NCBI RefSeq assembly: GCF_006345805.1
Contig: NC_043006.1
Location: 79,174,001-79,238,000 of the forward strand
Length of the DNA stretch: 64,000 nt
Direction of reading: 5' to 3'
DNA from: Octopus sinensis
Taxonomy: Eukaryota
Shown here: piece after piece, positions 13,751 to 25,498 of the stretch
Numbering within the stretch: the first letter of the stretch is position 1
Layout: each line of letters starts with the position of its first letter
The notes under the pieces: model-generated
What the model saw: the letters and a program-made list of their open reading frames with translations, nothing else
What the model was told of the DNA's origin: nothing
The model's database searches: none
Position numbers and translations under genes: made by a program

Positions 13751-14046
13751 ACGACGTACTCTAGGAGGTAATGTTTACATCATGAAAAATACATTTTAAT
13801 AGACTTTAATAGACTTGTAAGGCAGAGAATTGGCAGAATCGTTAAAGCGTCAGAAAAAGCATATGAAAATAAAATCGCCTCGCAGCATTTATTTCGGGTC
13901 TTTTATATTCTGAGTTCAACTCCTTTCCGTTTAACTTTGACTTTTATTCTTCAGAGTCATGGGAATAAAATTTTCAGTCGTGTACTGAGATCGACTGACA
14001 ACCCACCACTCCTCTTTTCAAAATTGTTGGCCTTTGTACTAAATCA

Positions 14047-14097
<51 letters not shown>

Positions 14098-14664
14098 TCT
14101 CACATTATGATGTCGGTTAATATTCTTTTTTTATTGAGGTTAAAGCAATTAATCTCATATCACATTCATGATTTATACTGAAGTTATTCACGCACACACG
14201 CACACACACACACTACCTCCAATGGATTCTATTATTAGACTATACTAGAATGTTCAAGTACACTTACATCAAAGAAAAATGAAGGATGGTTATCCGGTTT
14301 AAATTTCTAACTTTATTTTTCGTGTCTCAATACTTTGACTTTTCTTGTGACTTGTAAAAATCGCTTCGTCATCAGAGCTGTTAGACTTTCTGTTATGAAT
14401 TTGACAGTTGTGTTGTTGATTCATCAGTCGCCATTCCTTCCTATTGTCAATCATATTTTTGCAGTCGATTCTGTTCGGAAAGATACCGACAATAGCAAAT
14501 TTTCGTGCCCCTTTATTTACACAGGGATTAACCCTTTTCCAGGTATCCCAAAGATCCTAGATTGCAAATCCGAAATCTCCACCACATATGCACACACTTT
14601 TTTTAATCAATGTTTCCCAACAGTATACATTTCAAATATACAGTTATTATCCCATATGTAAGTG

Positions 14665-14850
14665 GAAGCGCGTTGCTTAGTGGTTAGGGTGTCACCATCA
14701 TGATCGTAAGATTGTGGTTTCGATTCCTGGACCGGGCAACGTGTTGTGTTCTTGGGCAAAACACTTCATTTCACGTTGCTCCAGTCCACTCAGCTGGCAA
14801 AAAAATGAGTAACGCTGCGATGGACAGGCGTCCCGTCTAGCTGGGGTACA
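14665..14850 (+). mobile_element. tRNA-derived SINE family C (others near 18806-19030+, 37111-37220+, 41925-42115+, 48735-48960+, 56225-56400-, 61830-61990-)
   Basis: Head gcgcgtggcttagtggttagg...gtggtttcgattcc followed by cttgggcaaaacacttcatttcacgttgctccagtccactcagctg. Confidence 0.8.
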
Positions 14851-16003
14851 CATACGCTATTGAAACCGGTTGGGCTTTAAAAGGGCGCGTTTATTTTTTA
14901 TTTATTATCCCATATGTAAACACTAAGAACTTTCTTTTCTCTTCATTCCTAATCAACTTACGTTTCATGAAGAACAAGAAAAGCACATTCCATTGCTTTT
15001 CTCCAGACTGTAATTATTTCCATCTTTAACGAAATGTCTAACTTCATAAAATGTTAAATTAATAAGTCACAGGTTATATCATACTGATGATTTCCAAAAC
15101 GAATAAAATGGTACAACACATGATTACCACCGACTGGAAATTTCAAGAATTCCATAATCAAACAAAATGATAAAATTAACTTTATGAATTCTATGCATCT
15201 TTTTCTTTATAATCCCTTAATTTGAAATTCAAAGTTCGAGTTTTTGATCCCACCAAATACTGTATTATGAAGAAATGATTATCTCCCTTGTGATAGTGGT
15301 AGCAACTAGTGGACGGCGTTTGCTTGAATGATCAAGTTGTCATTATATTTCAAACTACGTATCCAAACTGGTAATGGTACATGGAGCCACTGGGAATTGA
15401 AAGAATGTGTCTGACGCAATAAAAATCCCCATACTCAAAAAAATGGTAAAGAAAATATTCTGGATTTGCAGATGAGACCTTCAAACAATCTTATCAGTGA
15501 ATTTTAGATGCAACTCCATGCTTCGGCTGAACAGCTATTCGTTTAGCATTAGCAACATTGACAAGAAGGATGAGAGGTTATAGACCAATCTACGCGCTGA
15601 GATTCGATTTCGTTAAAAATTTCAAGTGCAGTTATCAATGAAAGGATCGATATGTGCGTGTTATGACCGCTAAAACCAACTTTGCTGTTCATCCTTCGAC
15701 TGAATAAAGTGCTACTCAAGTTCTTACGTCCAAGGTGATTAGTTCATTGCATTATAGACGAACACCCATCTCCACTCGCAAAATGACTGGATCTTAAAAC
15801 TGGATAGACAAAAATATAAAAAATCACTGTGGCATTACTTTGCCTTACACGTTGTTTTTACGTTCTGAGTTCAATTTCCGCCAAGGCCAACTTTGCCTTT
15901 CATCCTTTCGGGATCAACAGAATAGGTATCAGTCAGGTATTGGGTTCGATGCAATCGACTAACACGCTTCCCCCGAAATGCTGGCATTGTGCCAAAATTT
16001 GAA

Positions 16004-16067
<64 letters not shown>

Positions 16068-16069
<2 letters not shown>

Positions 16070-16757
16070 TAGTTTTATTTTTATAGCGTGCTTTCACTTC
16101 ACTACCGAGCGCAGCTCTGTGTGCCTTGGGTATGTGCTGTGATTTGTTGTGATGCTCTGATGGTTATTGTATGGAAAGTGTTCTGCGTAGGATGTGTGCA
16201 GTGCCTAGTAGTGCAATTTTCTGTATGTTATATGTGTTTGTAAGTCCTGGTGTTTTTGTTATGTATTTGTCTGAATATTTTTTTATCATGCCTAATGCCC
16301 CTGCTATGATAGGAATTGTTTCTGTTTTCAGGTTCCACATTCTAGTTACCTCTATTTCCAGGTCTTTGTATTTTGAGAGTTTCTCCATTTCTTTTAGAGA
16401 CACGTTGTCATCTGCCGGTATTGATACATCAATTAGAAAGCATTTTTTTTCTTCATGATCTCTGACAACTATATCTGGTCTGTTGGCCTTAATTTCTCTA
16501 TCTGTGTGTATCGGCATATCCCAGAGTATGGTTGCTTTCTCGTTTTCTGTGACCTTTTCTGGTGTGTGCCTATACCATCTTTTTTCTGTTGTTATTCCAT
16601 AATGTTGGCATAGCTTCCAATGTATGTAGGTTCCAACTCTGTCATGTCTGTGAATATATTCCTTCTTAGCCAGGACTGGGCAGCTAGAGATAATATGATT
16701 TATTGTTTCTTGTCCATCTCCACATATTCTGCAGTTACTTGTAATATTTCTTTTCAT
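16068..16757 (-). mobile_element. 5'-truncated R4/Dong-like element, second family, with intact 197-aa Zn-knuckle plus RLE frame, flanked on both sides by (ATT)n
   Basis: CRICGDGQETINHIISSC, RPDIVV, LIDVSIP, KLSKY. 3' UTR abuts (ATT)n at about 16004-16067 and the 5' end abuts (ATT)n at about 16756-16828. Confidence 0.9.
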
Positions 16758-16762
16758 TATTA

Positions 16763-16818
<56 letters not shown>

Positions 16819-16828
16819 TATTATTATT

Positions 16829-17400
16829 AGTGTATTTGCACAGCTTCTAACGCTGTAGAAGTACTACGGTGTCAGCTGTTCACTGCCAGTGAACTAATGT
16901 AGCGCCCCTTATTTTTCGAGCACCATCCGGAGTATTCGAGCAGTTCCAAGCAATGCTGTTTTCTGCAAGTGCTCCGCCCTTATTGCAGTCCCTATTTGTT
17001 CCATGTACTTCTCAAGATTTTTACTCACTGTTCCCAGGGCTCTTACAATTAATGGTACTACTGCTACCTTTTTCATCAACCACAACTGCTTAACTTCCCA
17101 AGCTAACCTGTCATACCTCTCGACTTTTCTTTCTTCCTTATCGCATACCTTGTTGTCAGCTGGGCATGCTATATCTATGATCCAGCATTGTTTGCTTTCT
17201 TTCTAAATTAACACTATATCTGGTTTCTTATTCTCTATCTCATGGCCGCACTGAATCACAAAATCCCATAGGTTCTTTGCATTATCATTTTCGATGATAC
17301 CTTCGGGTTTATGTTCGTACCACTTTTTTGCTCAGTCAAGTTCATACCTGCAGCAAAGTGTCCAACGGACAGTCCTTGCTGTATTATCAGACGTGTCTTA
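16829..17400 (-). mobile_element. 3' end of an R4/Dong-like element of the same family as 2070-3305
   Basis: Antisense ORF 17003-17206 nearly matches antisense ORF 2997-3230. Ends LQKTALLGTARIL, then 3' UTR and an (AAT)n tail. Confidence 0.85.
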
Positions 17401-17791
17401 TACTCTTTAACCGGGGACGTTTAACATGTGAGTTTAACACTGCCCCGAAATCTATCCAAAAACATCGAGTATAAAAACAACAAATAGGGCCTCGAGTAAG
17501 TAATACTGGTTATACAGAATGGATTCTTCTTAAGATACCCAAGGGCTACTACCCGAACGTTAGTGGTGGTGGTGGTGGTGGTGGTGGTGGCGGCGGCGGT
17601 GGCGGTGGCGGTGGTGGTGGTGTTGGTGGTGGTGGTGGTAAATTAGGTGAGGGATTAAGTGTACTTCACCTTAATTCCTTCCTTATGAATTGAATCATTT
17701 TGCAAACACGGATAGTTTAAAATTAATCCCATTCATAACAACAGTGTGATGGTAAGCATTTGATATACGGTATGTGTGTGCGCGCGTGTGT

Positions 17792-17883
<92 letters not shown>

Positions 17884-18047
17884 CAAAGATTCTTTAGATT
17901 TCTTTTTTGTTTTTATTTCTTTCTTGTTTTTATTTTTCTTTGATTTTAAACATATTTACTGAAAATAAATTTCTGATTTATGTTAATTATGTCTCTTTTT
18001 TTATTTTTTTCCCCACTTTACTCGAATACAAATAACACCACACACAC

Positions 18048-18106
<59 letters not shown>

Positions 18107-18163
18107 CACACGCACACACATGCATACATACACACATATATTTTACGATTCAAAAATAAACAG

Positions 18164-18301
18164 AACTGAAGAGAACCCAACTCGCTTGCATGATCCTGGC
18201 GCTGTTTTTCTGCTCAGTGGTTTTCATCTTTGGTGTCTGTGTATGGAAATACGAACATCACTGTATCGGAATCTTTGCTTGCATATTCATTGTGTTCACC
18301 G
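18164..18301 (+). CDS. Claudin-like gene exon 3 (QLKRTQLACMILALFFCSVVFIFGVCVWKYEHHCIGIFACIFIVFT; TM2 and start of TM3)
   Basis: CAG acceptor and GTAAGT donor at 18302. 138 nt, phase 1 to 1, two hydrophobic segments. Confidence 0.88.
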
Positions 18302-19467
18302 GTAAGTTTAAACTTAAAACGTTTATATCTTCCTTCTCTGCCCAAGTTGTTACTGTCTTAGGTCAAAAACTGATAGAGCAGACCCTATGATCAAAAGGCC
18401 ATTTATCAAATTTGAGCGCAATCGGATGGAGATCCTAGAAGACACACACACAGACAGAATGGATTTTATATAATAGATTATTATTATTATGTTTTTTACT
18501 TCTTTCTTCAAATTTTTTTCCGTTTCTCGCCGAGTGTTTTCCATACACCTAGGGCAGAGAAGCTCATTGTATTCATTCCCAGATTACACGCGCAAATTCA
18601 CAGATAAAATATGTATTTAAAAATTAATAAATAAATAAATTCATGGATGGATGTTGTGTTCGCAGCGATAATGCTCTTCTCAGTACATGAGCCGTTCCAG
18701 TTAATACAATTTTTTGCACTTCCTGTCGAGATGGTAAGCCTGGACAGCACCCACTTCACTTTTCAAGCCTACCATCTTAGAATTAACTACTAGTACTACA
18801 CTGTAAGAGCGCGTGGCCTAGTGGTTTGCGTGTTGCACACACGATTGCGAGATTGTGGGCTCGATTCTCGGACTGAGCGGTGCGTTGTGCTTTTGAGCAA
18901 AGCTCTTCATTTTGCGCTACTCTGCAATCGTTTCGACATCTGACGTGTGGCACACCGTGCACCTGTACAAACAATGTCAATTTGGTAGAGAATGCGAGCT
19001 AATGTTCTGCACGGGTATTTGATCACTGTAAGCAAAATCATCTGTGCAAGAGGCTCAGTAAGAAATTTCGGAATCGTCTTTCACGGACTCGGGTAACTAC
19101 CAGGAAGAAGACTGCTACAGTAGGTTTCGAGTTGCTGGAGTCGATAGAACATTGGATATAATACGTTGTGGCATTCGTTCCGACTCTCTGTGTTCAGTGA
19201 ATCAAATCCCGCCAAGGCCATCTGCTTAGCTCATGTCTAAAATCGGCTCTACATTGACTGTCGCATAGAGTAGACATCACACGTAGTTCTTAAACAGAAC
19301 TGGGGTTTCAGATCCAGAGGCAAAGTGGACGAAGACAAATGGGATGGAGCCTATACCAAGCGGTGCCTAATTCTAGTCGTTATCATCGGAAATCTCTCTC
19401 AGTCAGGTGGACGATTGTCTGTCAGACTTAAAGGCAGAGGATATCTGAGAGGGATTTTCGGGAGTGG

Positions 19468-19729
19468 CTTTGTTTAGTAAGAGGCTGTTATCCTTCAGTT
19501 ATTTACGATCTTTACAGTGGTCGACTAAAGCTTCTAAGGCAATGCTCTAATAACTGAAACGAGTAATAAAGTAAAAATAAAATTCATTTGGTTATTCTAT
19601 CATTTTTACCTTCGTTCAATAGCAATGGGTTTAAGATCATTAAAGGTAGCAACAGTCTCTACAGCCGTTTAATATGTGATTTGCCTCCACCTGTTCCACC
19701 GGATTTTGGACCTCAATGCAAACCTTGTC
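19468..19729 (+). repeat. ~260-bp dispersed duplication; second copy at 25812-25887 plus 26281-26470
   Basis: Shared sequence ggctgttatccttcagtt...ggacctcaatg. The second copy is split by a SINE. Confidence 0.9.
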
Positions 19730-20022
19730 ATGGAAAGGTTAACCAACTGACAAGTAAATGTGTGATACTGAGCAGAATATTTAATATAACGATATTTCTG
19801 CTTCAGCAACTCAATGTTGAATCTGTCCGAAATGTAATGGAAAACAGGTCAGTTTCAAAACATTGATGTCCAGGCCACAAAAGCAAAGTTTGGACGGAAT
19901 AGTAGTCATTTCCTTTGATTTCTAGATAGAAGCAAAGAGAAAACAACACATACTGACCTAAGACAAATAAATAAACAAAAAATATTGTTGCACAATGTCA
20001 TTTCCATATTCTTCCATTTCAG

Positions 20023-20129
20023 CTTTTATGATATGTCTCGCAATGACTGCATTCCATGCAATGGAATTTATTGAAACCAACACCGTCAAAGAAGCAGGAG
20101 GCATGTACTACCAGAAAAACTGGCCACTA
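20023..20129 (+). CDS. Claudin-like gene exon 4 (AFMICLAMTAFHAMEFIETNTVKEAGGMYYQKNWPL)
   Basis: TTTCAG acceptor and GTAAGT donor at 20130. 107 nt, phase 1 to 0, open frame. Confidence 0.87.
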
Positions 20130-20490
20130 GTAAGTTGTTTAGGAATATTAACCGTGTAGTGTTCTTAATGTGGGAGTGTATGAATGAAGGGGAGTAAATT
20201 ACTGAAGGAGAAAGAGTGACGAGATTGAAGGATTTATTGAATGAGTGAGTGAATGATTTACCCTTTTGATATCAGCCCTGCCGAGTCTGCCTCTGTTTCC
20301 ATGATACAAACTTCCCATTTTAAAGTGATCTAAATTAAAACCTTCCATCAAAATTTCGTATTAGTTTATGCTCCAAACGCCAGCTTCATAATAACAATGT
20401 TGTTCAAATAAATCCTTCCTAATTTTTAAAAGTAATCATACACACACACACCATATGTGCGCATGTGTGTGTGTGGTGTGTGGTGTGTGT

Positions 20491-20542
<52 letters not shown>

Positions 20543-20882
20543 ACGAAATTGGGAACACAGGAATAAACAATTACGCTATGGACTTCATTTACTTACAGCT
20601 GTTTCTGCTGTAGATACATATTGAGTTCTGAAACCAGATTATTAGAATCACAATGCTTAAGTGAAATATTGAAGTATAGCGCTGCTTTTCGGGCGATTAT
20701 GGTCCCTGTCAGCATGAGTGTATGCAATTATGTGCGTTGACTACAGCATTAGAGCGTTTAGCTCTTATTTCTGACAATGTAAGGTGTTTCTAATGCCCTC
20801 AATCATATTTAATAACTGTTAAAGCTTTCCATTGTGGTACACATTGCTTACTGCTGCCTACATTAGTTTTACATACATACAT

Positions 20883-20951
<69 letters not shown>

Positions 20952-21306
20952 TAGATAGATAGATCTGTGTACATGTATGTATTATGTATGTATGTATGTA
21001 TGTATGTATACGACGAGTCTTTTTCAGTTTCTGTCTACCAAATCCACTCACAAGGCTTTGGTCGTCCCGAGGCAATAATAAAAGACACTTGCCCAAGGTG
21101 CCACACAGTGGAACTGAACCCGGAACCATGTGATTGAGAAAGAAACTTCTAAACATACACACACACACACACACAGCTATGCCTACTCCCTTTGTTTTAT
21201 TTTATTTCATTTATGTATTTATTTATTTTATTTATTTAGCTTTTTTTTTATTTATTTATGAGTTTATTTATTTATTTATTTATTTATTTATTTTTGGTTG
21301 TTTCAG

Positions 21307-21615
21307 TACATAAAACATGCTTCAACCCGTTCGTACGGAGTCTGCTACGCCATGACCTGGACAGCTATGGCCCTTTGTCTCATCCCGGCTTTCCTGTTTG
21401 GTCTAGTATCGTTCCAGTTCAAAGCTGAACACTACAACAGACTAAGAGATAATTATGATTATCACCAAACATCAGACATTTCCACAATAATGAAATCGAG
21501 TACAAATTATTCCCCAGTCACGTTCGGTCAGAACAACAACTACAGCGACAATATTATTATATATGAAGGCAGCAATACCTTCCAGGAACTAGAAGGAAAA
21601 TACGTAAAATCATAA
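21307..21615 (+). CDS. Claudin-like gene exon 5 (YIKHASTRSYGVCYAMTW...TM4...GKYVKS*)
   Basis: TTTCAG acceptor, phase 0. SYGxxYxxxW resembles the PMP22/claudin TM4 entry motif. TAA at 21613-21615. Spliced CDS = 259+99+138+107+309 = 912 nt = 303 aa plus stop. Confidence 0.9.
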   Translation, partial: YIKHASTRSYGVCYAMTWTAMALCLIPAFLFGLVSFQFKAEHYNRLRDNYDYHQTSDISTIMKSSTNYSPVTFGQNNNYSDNIIIYEGSNTFQELEGKYVKS

Positions 21616-21862
21616 AAAAGATAATTCTTCGATGTTGATTTCAATTGGCTGGAAGGTATTTGGTTTTTTGGGGGGTTTTTTGTAAATTTTTAATTGATTT
21701 TAACTTCAACATGTGAGGATATCTCCTGCGTTGCTACAATATTTCAATCGCATTTAATAATTCTTGGTTTGGGGGAGGGGTGGGGGAGTTTTCCTGTGTT
21801 ATTATTTTTTTTCAGTAAAGCTACTTTGAACAGTTCTTGGAGACAGTTTAAAATAATACAAT

Positions 21863-21868
21863 AATAAA
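21863..21868 (+). promoter_or_regulatory. Candidate polyadenylation signal of the claudin-like gene
   Basis: AATAAA about 250 nt after the stop. Common by chance in AT-rich DNA. Confidence 0.25.
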
Positions 21869-22017
21869 TATACACCTTTTCAATGCATAATCTACCCGCT
21901 TCTTCGGAATGTGTACATAAATATATACATTATACATAAATACACGAAGTATGGCAAACATTATAAAAACAAGGCTAATAATAATGGAAAATGTATGTAA
22001 TACACTGATTTTTTTAC

Positions 22018-22389
22018 ATGTGGCCCAGTGGTTAGGGCAGCTGACTTGCGGTCTTAGGATCGCGGTTTCAATTCCCAGACCGGGCGTTGTGAGTGTTTAC
22101 TGAGCGAAAACACCTAAAGCTCCACGAGGCTCCGGCAGGGAGTGGTGGTGAACTCTGCGGTATTCTTTCACGACAACTTTCTCTCACTCTTTCTTCCTGT
22201 TTCTGTTGTACCTGCATTTCAAAGGGCCAGACTTGTCACACTCTGTGTCACGCTGAATATCCCCGAGAACTACGTTAAGGGTACACGTGTCTGTGGAGTG
22301 CTCAACTACTTGCAAGTTAATTTCACGAGCAGGATGTTTCGTTCATCGGATCAACTGGAACACTAGTCGTCGTAACCGACGGAGTGCCG
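22018..22389 (+). mobile_element. tRNA-derived SINE family D (others at 25893-26277-, and partial at 10770-10905- and 34770-35040-)
   Basis: Head tggcccagtggttagggcagc...ggtttcaattccc with a shared ~370-bp body. Confidence 0.82.
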
Positions 22390-22390
22390 C

Positions 22391-22487
<97 letters not shown>

Positions 22488-22768
22488 ATATATATATACA
22501 TATATATTTTTTTAACCAGTTTTAGTACATTAGTACATCTTTTTAATCTGAAAACTAGCATTTTCTACATTTTCCCAATTTTTCTTTTCCACTTTTCCTT
22601 TTTATTTGCTTGTTTTGTTTTGTTTTTGTTGTTGTTACTTTTTTTCTTTTCTTGTATTGATTTCGAAAATGTAAATTAAAATAAAAGGGAACTGAAATAT
22701 ATTAAGCTTTACTTTTTGTTTGTTTGTTTCACTCACACATACACACACACACGCACACATGCGTACAT

Positions 22769-22863
<95 letters not shown>

Positions 22864-22865
<2 letters not shown>

Positions 22866-23460
22866 CCTTCTAGCAGAAGGATCAGAATTCCTCTTCAAAG
22901 AGGGACAGAATTCAAGATCAAATCTAATTTTACTTGTGCCTCTGAAAACATAATTTATGTCATAAAATGCTCGGGCTGCCACCAAGACTACGTGGGATCC
23001 ACGGGACTGTCACTCAGACGTAGATGCACACTGCATCGACAACAGATTGCATTCCCAGAATACAGAATGATACCTTTTGGTGAGCACATTGAGAAATGCG
23101 CAAAGCAACTACTACCACAATTTTTAATCTTTCCATTTTACCAATGTGCTATCGGAACACCAACACAAATTAGACTAAACAAGGAAACATTCTTCATTGA
23201 AAAGTACAAGCCCAGACTTAACCATTCCAACATACTTATACAGAGAAATTCACTCCAATTTTAAGCGATTATCTCCCTTACACCGGAAGAAATCACTTAT
23301 TACCTCCCCTTATCTAGAACTCTTCTCAACATAAACATAACGATGTAAGAAATTTGAAAAGCTGAACGCGAAACCGGTCATTTCTTCTAAACTATGTCAT
23401 TGTAAGAAAAAAATTTATAATATTCTTCAGACATATTGACTCAAATATATATTTTTTAAC
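22864..23460 (+). mobile_element. Penelope-like element 3' fragment: GIY-YIG endonuclease plus pseudo-LTR region
   Basis: FTCASENIIYVIKCSGCHQDYVGSTGLSLRRRCTLH...KETFFIEKYKPRLN is the PLE-type GIY-YIG pattern. Preceded by (TA)n, so the first ~50 codons of the listed ORF are spurious. Confidence 0.85.
23347..23386 (+). ncRNA. Minimal type I hammerhead ribozyme motif with U3-A8 core
   Basis: AAGAAAT-TTGAAAA-GC(TGAAC)GC-GAA-ACCGGT-C-ATTTCTT: 7-bp stem I, G10.1-C11.1 stem II, palindromic stem III, GUC triplet. Sits 83 nt after the GIY-YIG stop. Confidence 0.75.
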
Positions 23461-23537
23461 CTTTTAAAACAAGCCTTCTGTAGTTTTTTCACTTTTTACT
23501 ATTTTCTATATACATATAATACACATATATATATTAC

Positions 23538-23633
<96 letters not shown>

Positions 23634-24614
23634 AGACGGCTTCTTTCAGTTTCCGTCTACCAAATCCACTCACAAGGCATTGTTCGGCCCGAAGCTGTAG
23701 TAGAAGACACTTGCCCAAGGTGCCATGGAGTGAGACTGAACCCAGAAACATCTGGTTAGGAAGCAAGCTTCTTACCATGCAGCCACTATCTTTCAAATTT
23801 GCTTACGGAAGATGTTCTGAATATGCAAATAAAGCTCCTATCCCATTATGCCAACCACTGTATAATGATGCTGACTGGTAATCCAGTTTTAGGGGTTACA
23901 TGACTGTGGTGGTTGTACCGGCTGACCTGTTTAATTCAGAATTCATTGAAGATAGCCGTGTCTTAAATGAGATCGAACAAAGGAATCTACGACCCATCCT
24001 TATCCTCAGCAGAGTGAATTGCAAAATAAGTCCAATATCACCACACACCTCCTTCCCCCATATAACTACCATTCCTTCCGCTCTTTCCATCATCACCTTC
24101 CCCTCCTCACCACAAAATATATCCAGAAATACTCACATAACTCAACCAAACTTCGCGCTGGTCGAAAAGGATATACATTGCTCTGGTAAATATCCATTAA
24201 TGTTATATCGTTTGATGAAATGAATCCATGAAGATGAACTACCCGATGCCCACGGATACTACGGACTACATAGCAATCATCCCAGGAATACGGACTGTGA
24301 TCTCAAGAGACATGTGATTTGTGGAAACGCGCGGAGCGATGCATTAAATGTTTATAAATTCCATCCAAGAATTATTGTTATTTTTACTATATATATTCTT
24401 TTACTTGTTTCAGTCATTTTGACTGCGGCCATGCTGGAGCACTGCTTTTAGTCGAGCAAATCTTCGTAAGCCTAGTACTTATTCTACGAGACTCTTTTGC
24501 TGAACCACTAAGTTACGGGGACGTAAACACACCACCATCGGTTGTCAAGCGATGTTCGGACACACACACACACAAACACACACACATACACCCCCCCCCC
24601 ACACACACACACAC

Positions 24615-24654
<40 letters not shown>

Positions 24655-25026
24655 CGACGGGCTTCTTTCAGTTTCCGTCTACCAAATTCACTCACAAGGC
24701 TTTGGTCGGCCCGAGACTATAGTAGAAGACATTTGCTCAAGGTGCCACGCAGTAGGACTGAACCCGGAACCATGTGGTTGGTAAACAAGCTACTTACCAC
24801 ACAGCCACTCCTGCACCTATAGCTACTTTATTTCATGAAAGATTCGCCATTAAGGCGTTACATTGAGGGGACATACAAATACAGACAAACATATAGGGTG
24901 TAGTAGCTTAAAACGTTGGTGATTACAATAAAATATATATAATATTTACAATATAAAGTTTAGCCACTCCTGCGCCTATAGCTACTTACCACACAGCCAC
25001 TCCTGTGTCTATATATTCTGTTATAT

Positions 25027-25263
25027 TATATCATATTCAAGCATTTGATCTGCGTTATCATAATGCAATAAAGTATTCACTCTGAACTACTAATTGCAAT
25101 GTGAACAACCCCTGCAGAGGATGCGCTTATTCACAATAGTCAAACGTATGTACGCAAAAAAAATGGTATAAACTACAACTTGTGTTTATTGCATCCTCTG
25201 AAGGGGGTGTTCATATTGCAAGTACATTATGTTGACACAGATCAAATGCTTGAATATGATATA
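25027..25263. repeat. Foldback segment between inverted SINE heads
   Basis: 26-bp perfect IR (25027-25052 / 25238-25263) plus a 31-bp IR with 3 mismatches (25094-25124 / 25191-25221). Confidence 0.85.
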
Positions 25264-25464
25264 TAGTATAATACAATATGATATAATATGATAGAATATA
25301 TAGGTGCAGGAGTGGATGTGTGGTAAGTAGCTTGTTTACCACCCACATGGTTCCGGTTTCAGTCCCACTGCATGGCAATTTGAACAAATGTCTTCTACTA
25401 TAGCCTCGGGTCGACCAAAGCCTTGTGAGTGGGTTTGGTAGACGGAAACTGAAAGAAGCCCGTC

Positions 25465-25498
<34 letters not shown>

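Noticed and set aside
14290-15700. Unique-looking intron 2 segment with an ~85-codon open stretch on the minus strand (DLWDTWKRVNP...)
   Set aside because: Bounded by stops with no recognisable motif or splice pair. Possibly an old transposon, but I cannot support a call.
22716-22863. N-terminus of the 182-aa GIY-YIG ORF
   Set aside because: Runs through (CA)n and (TA)n, so it is not a real start. The element is 5'-truncated.
23830-24370. 107-aa ORF 23900-24223 and flanks
   Set aside because: No RT, RNase H or other motif that I can identify. Probably a decayed repeat.
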